The position numbers and the translations under genes are program-made. The notes beneath the pieces were generated by a model that saw only the letters and a program-made list of their open reading frames with translations, was not told the origin of the DNA and made no database searches. From Lama guanicoe (Eukaryota), in the NCBI GenBank assembly GCA_013239625.1, contig MU053652.1, forward strand, positions 3,040,001-3,104,000: 64,000 nt of DNA, in the 5' to 3' direction. Shown piece by piece: positions 53,097 to 64,000 of the stretch (position 1 is the stretch's first letter; every line of letters starts with the position of its first letter).

Positions 53097-53927
53097 TTTT
53101 TAATTGAGGTATAGTTGATGTACAATATTATAAAATTTCAGTTGTACAACATGGTGATTCACAATTTTTAAATGTTATATTCTATTTATAGTTATTATAA
53201 AGTACTGGCTTTATTTCCTGTGTTGTGCAACATATCCTTGTAGCTTATCTTTCTTATACATAGTAGTTTGTGCCTCTTAATCCCCTACCCCTGTCTTGCC
53301 CCTCTCCACTTTCTTCTTCCCATTGGTAACCACTAGTTTGTTCTCTGTATCTCTGAGTCTGTTTCTTTTTTGTTATATCCCCTAGTTATATTTTTTAGAT
53401 TCCACATATAAGTAATATTATATAATATTTATTATTTTCTGTCTGGCTTATTTCACTTAGTGTAATACCTTCTAAGTCTATCCATGTTGTTGCAAATGGC
53501 AAAATTTCATTCTTTTTATGGTTGAGTAGTATTCCATTGTATATATATATATACCACATCTTCTTTATCCATTTACCTGTTGATGGATCCTTACATTGGT
53601 TCTGTATCTTAGCAATTGTAAATAATGCTGCTATGAACATTGGAGTGCATGGATATTTTTGACTTAGTATTTCCAGGGTTTTTTTTTTTTTTTTTGGATG
53701 CATACCCAGGAGTGGAATTGCTAGGTCTTTTGGTAGTTCTAATTCTAGTTTTTCTTAGGAACCTCTGTACTGATTTCCATTGGCTGCACCAATTTACATT
53801 CCCACAAACAGTGTATGAGAATGCCATTTTCTCCACATCTTCCCAACATTTGTTGTGTCCTTTTTGATAATAGCCATTCTGACAGGTGTGAGGTGTTAGG
53901 TCATCGTGGTTTAAATTTGCATTTCTC
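53097..53927 (-). mobile_element. L1 3' portion in a TSGA13 intron
   Basis: TPMFIAALFTIAKIQNQCKDPSTGKWIKKMWY on the minus strand, with the 3'UTR terminus at ~53100. Confidence 0.92.
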
Positions 53928-54205
53928 AAAGCCTCTGTTTTAGAAGAAATCAACTTATCAGTTGTTATCATGTCTCCAAGAAGTCCCACTTACTTAATCC
54001 TTGACACTGAGGTTTTGTTTTCCCCCAGGATTGCAAGCTGAATAATGAGTCCTATTCTTCACTACCTATGCATATGGAATTAGTGATCACCCAAACTGGG
54101 CTCTTCTAGGTCAGGTCCCCAAACTTTGAAGGAGATTGAGAACATGTAGAAGACCAAGCCTCCGAGTAAGAAAAAAACAACTGGATATTCTGCCTCTTTT
54201 TTCAG

Positions 54206-54284
54206 GTTTCAGTATGGCAAATCAAGGACGTCAAGAACTAGCCCAGTTGAACTTGAGAAAGAAATGACTGTTGACAGTGATGAG
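54206..54284 (+). CDS. TSGA13: TSGA13 coding exon 2 (FQYGKSRTSRTSPVELEKEMTVDSDE)
   Basis: Acceptor ttttttcag|, donor |gtaaga, 79 nt (1+78). Similar to the recalled human FQNGKSKTS..KE. Confidence 0.88.
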
Positions 54285-56093
54285 GTAAGAAAGAGCATTA
54301 GCAATTTTCATTTGTAATCTTTCTTTGGAATTGCTTTAGAAGCTAGTCTCACAAACTTCCTGTTGAAAAGCAAAAATGTATCAATACGTACATAAAAAGT
54401 AAGGTTAACTTATCTAATTTTATGAAAGAGAAACAGAGACATAGAAAAGGGAAGAGACAGGGACATATCAGCAATGAATCAGGGTTCAACACCCAGGGGC
54501 CAGAAATCCGTTTTGGGGCATGGGCGAGTGTTAAACCCTGACTTAGCGAGATTTTGTAGTCGCTTCTTGCAGCAAAACTCCTTGGGTAGCTTGGTTGCTT
54601 CCCCAGGTTTATCACATTCAAGTGAATTTTCCAGGCCAACTTTTATTTCTTCAGCCAGAGATGGTGCAATTCAACATAAAACTAAATACATAGTCCAATT
54701 TGGACACTATTGTGGATTTAGTCAACTGTTGGAGACTAATTTGGAACCCAGAAGAATTGGGGAGTAAAAAATTTTCCCCAGAGACTTACCCTCCTAAAAT
54801 TAATTTTTTAAAAACCTGTAAAGAAAAGTTTTCATATCTTCCCTCAAATAAATTGTTCCAAAATTTCTGGGATTTTAAATATATCTATTTCTATGAAGCA
54901 GATTTTTCAAATATATTTTTGTTTAAAACAAAGGGACTTCGGTTTTACAAAAGGTAATACAAATTAAATCATTGCATCTTTGGATTTATTCCCTATTTCA
55001 TCCCACCATCCCCAAAGGAATGTATGGCATGGCTCTGCTGGTCCTCCTTTTAGTCCTCCTCCAACCCCCGGGAATTGCCAACTGCTGGCATTTTTTCTTG
55101 GAGCATAACACCTGCCCTCATCGCACAGTTCTGTCACATTTTTACTACCTCCCTCTTCTCCATTCACCTTCTCACTGTATTCACCTGTTCAGTGCATGTG
55201 CCTTTTCTTCTGAACCCCATCTTACCGTATCACCTCCTTGGGGGGCATGGCTGTGTTTAGAAATGCGAATCCACATACAGGATTGTCTTCTCTGATTTCT
55301 CACTAGGCCAAGCCCAAAGGAGGTAACTCAGAGCTTCTGTCTCCTTGTGTTCTCATCCCCTTGACTCATCCTTATATAACCTAGGGCTAAACTAGAGGCC
55401 AGGCAACAACCCTGGGGTCAGCAGAAGGAGATGGAGGAGGCCCAGCAACTTTACCACCAGACTGGATACTCAGGCTGCCAATCACCAGCACAACCACCGG
55501 CACAAAAATGCTAAGTGGCAGCCAAGTGCAACCAAAATTCAGTTACTTTTGCCACATTACTGGAAAAATCATATATCGCACAAATATTCAAAAATGCAAA
55601 CTGCACTATGGCTTCTCCCTTCCTCTGTGTGCTCCCAGCTCAGTAAACAGTTATCCCCAGGGCTTGCTTCCACTCACAACCCTTAGGTTATTGCCCTTTT
55701 GTAACTTGCTTTTCTCCTTGAAGGGTGTCCTCCAGGTTGATTTTCACCTAATTTCCCTCCTCTAGAAATGGAAAGGGCAGAAGAAAGAGGTGTGAGCCCT
55801 TGGCATGATTTGTCCCCGTCTGAACTCTGGTGCTGCTCTTGCCTGCTTCACCTCCTAACAGCTCTTAGCATTTCACAAAGCTGGGCTACATTTCCACACA
55901 CGAGCCTCCCTGTCAGGATGTCTTAGAACCTAGCTCTGCCTCGTTCCAGAAACCCAAGGCGCAAGACATGAAGTTCTTCTCGCTTAATTTAAGTTAGAGA
56001 TCGGATGTTAGCAAGACTAAGGGAAGGGAAGGAATGGAATATTATTTAGACAAGATGCCACTTGAAACTACTAATCTTGATTATTGTCTCTAG

Positions 56094-56312
<219 letters not shown>

Positions 56313-57035
56313 TAGGACACTATGCTGGGAATGGTGATGAGGGAGGCGGGAGGGGCTGGGAAGAAGGTGGACACTACAGCTGATTTTTTTTTTAAGTTGA
56401 GAAAACATGTTTATAATCAGGAAGCATTCTATTCTCTTCCTCTCCCTTCCTCCCTCTCTAATCCTCTGCCTTCCTCCTACTGATGGAAAAGCAAATTTAG
56501 TGGGACTGCCCCTTCCTCCACCACATCTTAAGTGACATGCTGTCTTTTGTGACCACTTTTCCTTTTTTAACGTGGTGCTATTATGCATATTAACGTGGTT
56601 GTGCCTTTGGAGAAACACTGGTGAGTGGGAAGATGCTGATAAGGGCTGTGTTGCCTGCCCTCTGCGCCCTCCAGGACTCCCTGACAAAGGAGATTTGGTC
56701 TCGGGCCATTTCTCCCTCCTGCCTCAGAGCGAATTGTAGAGAAGGCCATTTAGGTTTAACATAGAAACTTCCGCTTGCCCTATTGCGTTGGGCACAATGT
56801 TACACTTTTTCACAAGAATTAAGTCATCTTGCTCTTTTTGTTGTGGGAATCTTTCCATCTCATTTCCCCAGCCCCTTGGTCTATTTGTGGGGAATACTCT
56901 GAGAAAAGAAAGGGATGGAGAGTTTCAGACATTTTCTTTTAAATTTCAGAGCAGGTTTGTCCAGCCCTGCCCAGCCTCTGTCCCTACACCACAGAGGCAA
57001 AAGATTAGCCAACTGATTTGTTACTTTTCTCTTGA

Positions 57036-57329
<294 letters not shown>

Positions 57330-57794
57330 TAAAGAATTAGGAGTCAGCTTGAAGAAGGGAGCTGACTTAACATGGAGGATGGAACTCAGGAGCCAACCTC
57401 TTCCCTCTTAGTCTTTGCGACATGCTTCACCAAACAGACTCTGAGAGCCTGGGAAATATTCAGAATTGGAGTCGTACGATCTTGGGTCATGAAACTTCAT
57501 TGCATGGAGAAAAGAGGGTCTTAATTCAAAATTGTCTCTCCTTGGCCAAAGATATTTAGTTTGTAATTTTAAAAGGGTAAATTAGCCACTGGCTTTCTAG
57601 TTGAGTATAGAGTAGCAACAGATACATCAGGAAATGAGGAATAAGGAACAGAAACGAGTACCTAAATGGGAAAGGGGTAAAGGATTATGCTCTACTCCCA
57701 TTGCTCTTGGGTGTCAGAAAGGAAGAGGAACAGAAAATTTACTATCACAGTGGCCAGATGTTTGGGACTCTGTTGTACACAAAAGAAGTTCAAA

Positions 57795-58340
57795 TTCAAT
57801 TCAATAAACAATTGCTGGAGACATAACTAAGCTAAGAACTAAAATATAAAGATGATTACAGGACAGTTTCCATCCTGAAAGACTTGGAGTCTAACAGGAG
57901 AGACAATCAATAAATGAGATATGAAAAGTAATTATACCAGGATATACAAATAATAGAATATACAAGACACACTAATATACAGTAGTGAAGAGTATCTTTG
58001 TTAGGGGAAAGGAAGTAATCAGGGAGGTTTTACGGAGGATGTGACACTTGACGAAAGATTAGGAGACTATTCCAATCAGTGGGAAGGGCAAAGGCATGGA
58101 GACTGGAGAAGTGAAGTGCATTTAGGGAGATGTAAGAGAGCAAATGGCATGAGATAGGTATAATCAAACTTGCATTTTAGAAAGAACTTTTTTGGAAGTT
58201 GAGAGAAAGATTGTTGTGGAAGAGACAAAAATCAGATTTGTTATGATGTTACTATAATTGTCAAGGTGAGAGATGCTGAAGAATTGAACTAAATCAACAG
58301 CACAGAAAGTGGAGAAAATCAGTTTAAGAGAACTTTAGGA
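57795..58340 (-). mobile_element. L2 fragment
   Basis: L2 3' terminus attcaataaacaattgctg plus body motifs. Confidence 0.6.
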
Positions 58341-58526
58341 ACCATGGTTTAAAAAAGATCTTGACAAGCTTAAGAGCTGGTGTAATATAACAAGAAGAAA
58401 TTAAATGAGACAAATGAGAGTGCAAACAAAAAAATCTAATTATACCAGAGATTTGATGCTGGGAGTGGAATTACCCAAGACAGATCCTTACAATAAAATG
58501 TGGTCAATTTAGAATTACTATTTTCT

Positions 58527-58953
58527 CTTTTTTTTTTCCTTCAGCTAAGATAGCAGAAGAGATGGTTTATTGTACACATTACATTCAACCACAAGTGAGA
58601 GCAGAACTAGTCCAGAATATCACAGGTCCAGGGCAAAGGACCAAAAGGGCCCATTTTGATATAAGCAAGATGTGTCTCTTAAAGGTGGTCGAGGCGATCA
58701 GAATGGTGGTACATGTTCCAGATCCATTGAGACAAGTTCTAGACAGTAGACATATAGTCCAACAGTATCTATTAGCGTTCCTGGCCGCTGGCTTTCCTTG
58801 CTTCTGCTCCTGTGGCTTCCATGGGTGTACAAGTTCACTTGACCTCTGCCTTATCTTTCTTCTTTTGAGCTTCAGCCTGCGCATTTGCTTCTTCCTCCAC
58901 TTTGCTCTCATGGCATGGAGGCTTCTCAGAAGATGGCGCTAAGGCCGAGAGAG
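58527..58953 (-). pseudogene. RPL41: RPL41 processed pseudogene in a TSGA13 intron
   Basis: MRAKWRKKQMRRLKLKRRKIRQRS matches RPL41. Has a pyrimidine-rich 5' leader (CTCTCTCGGCCTTAGCGCC), 3'UTR with AATAAA, poly(A) remnant (T run 58528-58537) and no introns. 15-bp TSD gaatta(c/g)tattttct at 58512-58526 and 58954-58968. Confidence 0.96.
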
Positions 58954-59649
58954 GAATTAGTATTTTCTTAGTTGCTAGATGAATAGCAGTGAGAGATTCC
59001 TTTCCAAATGGAGGATATAATGCTAATAACCAATGGCGTAGGCTGACAAAGGAGTTAATGAATTCATTGCCTATAGTCTCTTGGGTCTCAGAATTCGTGC
59101 CATTTTAACATAAGTGTGTTGGTTGTTTCTCATGGTAGTGGGTAATATACACTGAGAGAGGAACAAATGCCACACCACAATTGCCTTGCTCCAGGTAAAG
59201 CAGGAAATACAAGACTATCATGTAACCTTGGTGCAAGAAGATCTCTCATCCAACAGCTGACACCTTGTGAGCCTTCCAGATCCCATGCGGGACATGATCA
59301 TATTCACAGTATATTGTGGTATCAGCTAAATTGCATTAGTAGAGTTAAGGCTCTGATTGTCCAAGACTGGCAGCATGGTCATTTTATGGTGCTATGTGGA
59401 ATAAGTCCAAGAAGATGGACATGCCCAATAGCTAGAATGCCTTTTTAATATTTATGCTGCATTCCCTCCTTTTCTTGCTAGACAAAGGTAACAGCCTTTT
59501 GTGAGCCTAAGATTATACACAAAAGCAGCATTCTTTTGCTACACTCAGGCATGTGTATAGGAAGAGGGTGGGTTCCCGCAATCAAGCTGAAGAATGGATC
59601 AGACATGTCTATCAGAGTAGATGTTATACACACAGCGCCTTCAAAGTGA

Positions 59650-60390
59650 AAGGGCCCTACCACAGTTTGTGAAGAATAGGACCTAAGAGGTCCTGTTTTG
59701 TACAAGTAGACTTAGTTCCCTACTCCTAGCTAGGACCAGAGGAGGACACCAGACCTAGTGAAGCAAAATTCATAGGCTAGTTAATGACCTACAGCGTAGA
59801 CTGGTATGCCACCAAACAAAAACAAACAGAAACCAAAAACCAAACTAAAACCCAAACCAATTCATCTACTAACAACCAAAATCCTGGAGCTAATCAGATT
59901 CTTGCTTCCAGGCATCTGAATTGGTAAAGGAAGAGACTGAGGCTGTAGGAATGATAGAAAGGCATATACAGAGACCATAAAAGAGTCAAACCATGAGGAA
60001 GAAGGTGGGGGCAAGTTGAAGTCATTGGGAAGTAGAAATGAATAAGCAGAAGCTATAGGTAGAAAAAAGATATGCAGAATAAAGATAAGGAGTGAACACA
60101 CCAGAGAGAGAAGGAAGCAGATAGGAAGAAAGTCTGAAACCTGTTAATGATTTGATGCTTGAGACTCATGCAGTAGTGGTCCTTAGCTAATGCTGCCTTG
60201 GATTTCAAGTAACTTTTTTATTCTCATTTTTCTGCTCTGAGGTCTAGCTCTGCTAAGGTTTCTGTTCTCTTGTGGCCAGATTTTAACCTAAGTCTTAGGT
60301 CCTAGGCATATGTGCTGTTGCCATAAAACCCCTATTAGTTGAGGTAATTTGAATGGATTCCTGTTCCTCAAAACTGGAAGAGCTTAAAGA
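59650..60390. mobile_element. Ancient MaLR/ERVL LTR remnant
   Basis: Ends with the LTR-like ataaaacccctattagttgaggtaatttgaatggattcctgttcct. Confidence 0.45.
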
Positions 60391-60442
60391 GTACAAGTAC
60401 AGAATTAAAAAGACATGGTTCAGCATGGTTCAGTAGTCTTTA

Positions 60443-60571
60443 TTTGTTTTGTGTTTTTTTTTATTGAAGTACAGTCAGTTACAATTTGTTAATTTCCGAT
60501 GTACAGCGTAATGTCCCAGTCATGCAAATATATACATATATTTGTTTTCATATTCTTTTTCATTTAAAGTT
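60443..60571 (-). mobile_element. Short L1 3' end with TSD-like flanks
   Basis: tttttattgaagtacagtcagttacaat terminus; flanks gttcagtagtcttta and gttcagtatcctta. Confidence 0.75.
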
Positions 60572-60669
60572 GTTCAGTATCCTTAAAAAGAGGTTTTAAA
60601 ATTCTGAGTGAAAAAGTTCAGTATGTGTCAATTAATTATGACAAAAAAATGTGTCATTAATTGTCATTC

Positions 60670-60960
60670 TTTTATTCATTCAACACATATCTATTAAGCA
60701 CTTACTATGTGCCAGGCAATGTTATGGGGTAGTAAGAATCTATCAGTGACTAAGTCAAAGTTTGCTGGAATGAAGTTTAATTCCAGTGAGGTAGGCAGAC
60801 CATAAGCGAGCCAACAATCGTACAGATAACGTATAGTATGATAAGCGCCCAAAAGGCAGAATGAGGGAGTAGAGAGTGATGGGTGTGAATGGGGATTTTA
60901 GATAGTGTATTAGGGAAGGCTCTCAGAAGCAGTGATGACATTTGAGTAGAGACTTTAATG
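60670..60960 (-). mobile_element. L2 3' end
   Basis: attcattcaacacatatctattaagcacttactatgtgccaggca. Confidence 0.8.
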
Positions 60961-60964
60961 GGAT

Positions 60965-61405
60965 ATGTCCTGCAGTTACTACATCTAGCATCTGGTTTTC
61001 ATTTCAGATTGCCACACATTAGGAAAAATATAAATTGCAACTTTCTCAAATGAGTTAAAATGAGAGTTGGAGAACAGGGGACCCAAAGTCATATCATATG
61101 GAAAAAAAAGTTCAAAGTGTTGGCAAAATTGAGCCTGGAAGGGAGAGGAAGCTCAGGAGGAACGTGATAGATTTCTTCAAATTCTTTAAGAACACTGGAA
61201 GAGATGCTAGATTTGTTCTGTTTGGAGTATAGGGTAGAAGTTCCTGGGAGATAGCAGTCAGCTGATCAAAGGTTAAATACACTGGGTTTTTAGGCATAGG
61301 AAGATTGACCACTTGATAGTGTTATTGTAGAGGGGATAAGAGTGTCAAATGAATGGTTAGACTGGATGACCCTTAAGATCCTCTCTGAAAGACTTTGATT
61401 CTATT
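60965..61405 (+). mobile_element. CR1/L3 3' fragment (further pieces around 58340-58500 and 58970-59010)
   Basis: CR1-type terminus ggttagactggatgacccttaagatcc...tgattcta. Confidence 0.6.
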
Positions 61406-61812
61406 ACTTTAATAATGAGGAAATTATTACCTCACAAAACATCCCATTCTGTGGCCTTTTCACTGCAGATAGAGAATGGGATGTGAATGAGGCAGCCATC
61501 TCCAAGGAAGGTGGGTAGAGTCCCATGGGTCTATTTCCCAATTTATTACCAAATGTTTGGTTTCCTAAGAAGTTCACTCGTTGAATCCTTTTCAAAACCT
61601 GGTAAATTCCTCTGCCATTCCCTTCAAAGGGCCAGTGGGCAAGCTCAATCAATTATTTGGGAAACTGACCAAGCTTTGGGCAAATCATCTGGATATGAAA
61701 CAAACAGGTATTAGCCCACTCAGAGAACTGCTTCCTCTTCTTTGGGTTTCTGTGTCCCTACTTCTCTCTCTGACAGGTTTTATTGCATGATTTTAGGGGA
61801 ACTGGAGCTTAA

Positions 61813-62037
<225 letters not shown>

Positions 62038-62220
62038 TGAAGTCCTGGCTCTTTCCTACCTTTTCCTTATTCATGTCACTATCTCTTTTCAATACAATTT
62101 AACAAACACTTTTTGGGTATAGGGGATATGGACAACCGTATAATAATAAGACAGCTTTCCTACATGACCCCTGATCTCATTTCCACCTTAACAAAAGAAA
62201 AACAGCAATGCAAAACTAAG

Positions 62221-62304
62221 GTTTTTCACGAGAATGATTTTCAAGGTGAAGAGAAGGATTCAAAGGTCTATGCTTTAAGGGAAACAACAAAAACTTTCCC
62301 TCAG
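62221..62304 (+). pseudogene. Diverged tandem duplicate (pseudoexon) of TSGA13 coding exon 6
   Basis: Hand alignment gives 62/85 identities with 62593-62677. Translates NDFQGEEKDSKVYALRETTKTFPQ versus [24 protein letters not shown]. Both copies are preceded by TAAG. Confidence 0.8.
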
Positions 62305-62563
62305 TGCGTGTTAAGGGCTGTAATACAGGAACAATGTGCCATGTATGAGATTTTATTTGAAACTAGTAATAGGAGCAGCCTGCACCTGGTGCGGAGAGGA
62401 GAGAGATTCTGGAGTTCCTTCATAGATTTACAACGCTAGGTTCTAGAAGCACCCCTTCCGCTGGACAGTATAACCACTCGGTACCAATGAACACACTCTA
62501 ATCCTTTCTGCTCCCCCAGAATCTGAGAATCCACTGACTGGTTCCATTAACCCCCTACCCTAG

Positions 62564-62848
<285 letters not shown>

Positions 62849-62935
62849 TAGCATGGAAGCTGAGAACTGATAGAGGCCCACATAGTGCTCGGTTTTGGAT
62901 CCTATTTAAATCCTCAAATTTCAAGAAAGCTCTAG

Positions 62936-63213
62936 CATGGTGTTCCCCTAACTACATTACCTACCACTTTATGAGATTTGGTCAATGTGTTATATGCTCT
63001 ATTATTTACTTAATGTTTTTCTTTAAAACGATGTTTTGGGTACTTGTCCTAACTAATATTATATCACTGACATTATGGGTTTGATACACTAATTACATTT
63101 TTTTCCTCTGACATCCATTTAATCAAATTCATAAAAATTAGAATATAAAATGTTTATCTATATATCACCGAAAACTACCCAGTGGCATGCCTATCACACT
63201 TTGAGGAAAGCTG
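62936..63213. mobile_element. hAT-type MITE remnant
   Basis: Flanked by ctctag / ttctag; terminal cacactttgaggaaagctg. Confidence 0.45.
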
Positions 63214-64000
63214 TTCTAGAAAGATCAAAGGATAAGCTGCAAGTCTCAGAGACCCAAGAGTCTCTTTGGGGTTGAGGCAGGACATGGGGTGGGAGGGGTT
63301 TGGGATAAGGTTGTGCAGAAGAGGGGGCAACGAGAATGCTCCTCACAAATGATCATTCATTTGGCAACATTTATGGGGCACCTACTAAGTGTTAGATATT
63401 TATCAAGCACCAATAATAGCACTTTCAATATGTGAGATCGTTGGATGGGCCAGGTCATGAAGGGCCTTATATATTCGCATAAATAAGGGCTTAGGTTTTA
63501 TCCAGCAGGCGGTTGGGACTCACTGAAGGATTTCAGAGCACTGCACACACATTTGTGTACTAGAAGTACAATCGATGGGTCCCCAGACTTCACCAGCCTG
63601 TGGCTTCAAGATAACGTTCATTTCTTCTACGGGGTTTCTCTCCTCAAGCAATTTCTGAAACTCCCTAAGGTATACTTACCTGTTCCACAAGGCCATCCGA
63701 GTGACTACCAGTCAGCCTCAGTCCAAACAGTCATGGTTCCAGATGTATGAGGTCACATTGTACCGTCCCTTACCTGGCTTCTTCAAGCTTCTCTGCTCCT
63801 CCTGTACCTATTTGCTGCCCCACCTGATGCCCACCTACTGCCTCTCTTAACTCCCCATATACAGCTAAAACCAAGCTGTGGTATTAAACAACACTTCATA
63901 GCTGTGGAGAAAAGTTAAAGGAGGGCAGAGAGTTATTTATCTTGCTTTCAAAGGGGATACTCTTAGGTTCAGCCTCAAACCCGCCTCGGTTCCTTCCTAC

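Noticed and set aside
54029..54165. Extra TSGA13 exon (ccccag| ... |gtaaga)
   Set aside because: It would leave only a 40-nt intron before 54206 and has no similarity to TSGA13 protein.
62113..62220. Duplicate of TSGA13 exon 5 upstream of the pseudoexon
   Set aside because: Only a faint A-rich resemblance (aagaaaaacagcaatg versus aagcaagaacaatg), which is not supportable.

Overview
Mammalian genomic DNA, very probably a camelid (alpaca, llama or camel), judged from two tRNA-Ala(AGC)-derived vic-1-type SINEs. The window covers the KLF14-TSGA13 segment, which in human and mouse lies next to the imprinted MEST/COPG2 domain. KLF14 is an intronless CDS on + (13437-14420, 327 aa) inside a CpG island. 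TSGA13 has six coding exons on + (51780-62720), assembled by hand from splice sites and phase; its last exon lies beyond the window. An RPL41 processed pseudogene with TSDs sits antisense in a TSGA13 intron. The rest is mostly L1, L2, MIR, CR1, MaLR/ERVL and hAT debris plus microsatellites. The most unusual observations are: (1) a cryptic, diverged tandem copy of a TSGA13 coding exon (62221-62304); (2) a TSD-flanked chimeric retroelement made of a tRNA-SINE head, an internal T8 terminator, about 260 bp of unrelated sequence and an A-rich tail (27565-27935); (3) a ~95-bp polyadenylated, TSD-flanked mini-retroelement with LTR-like sequence (47580-47675); (4) a 627-codon stop-free antisense frame over KLF14; (5) probable stop-codon losses in KLF14 and in the RPL41 retrocopy. 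Comparisons to human proteins and repeat consensus sequences are from memory, not database searches, and boundaries of old repeats are approximate.
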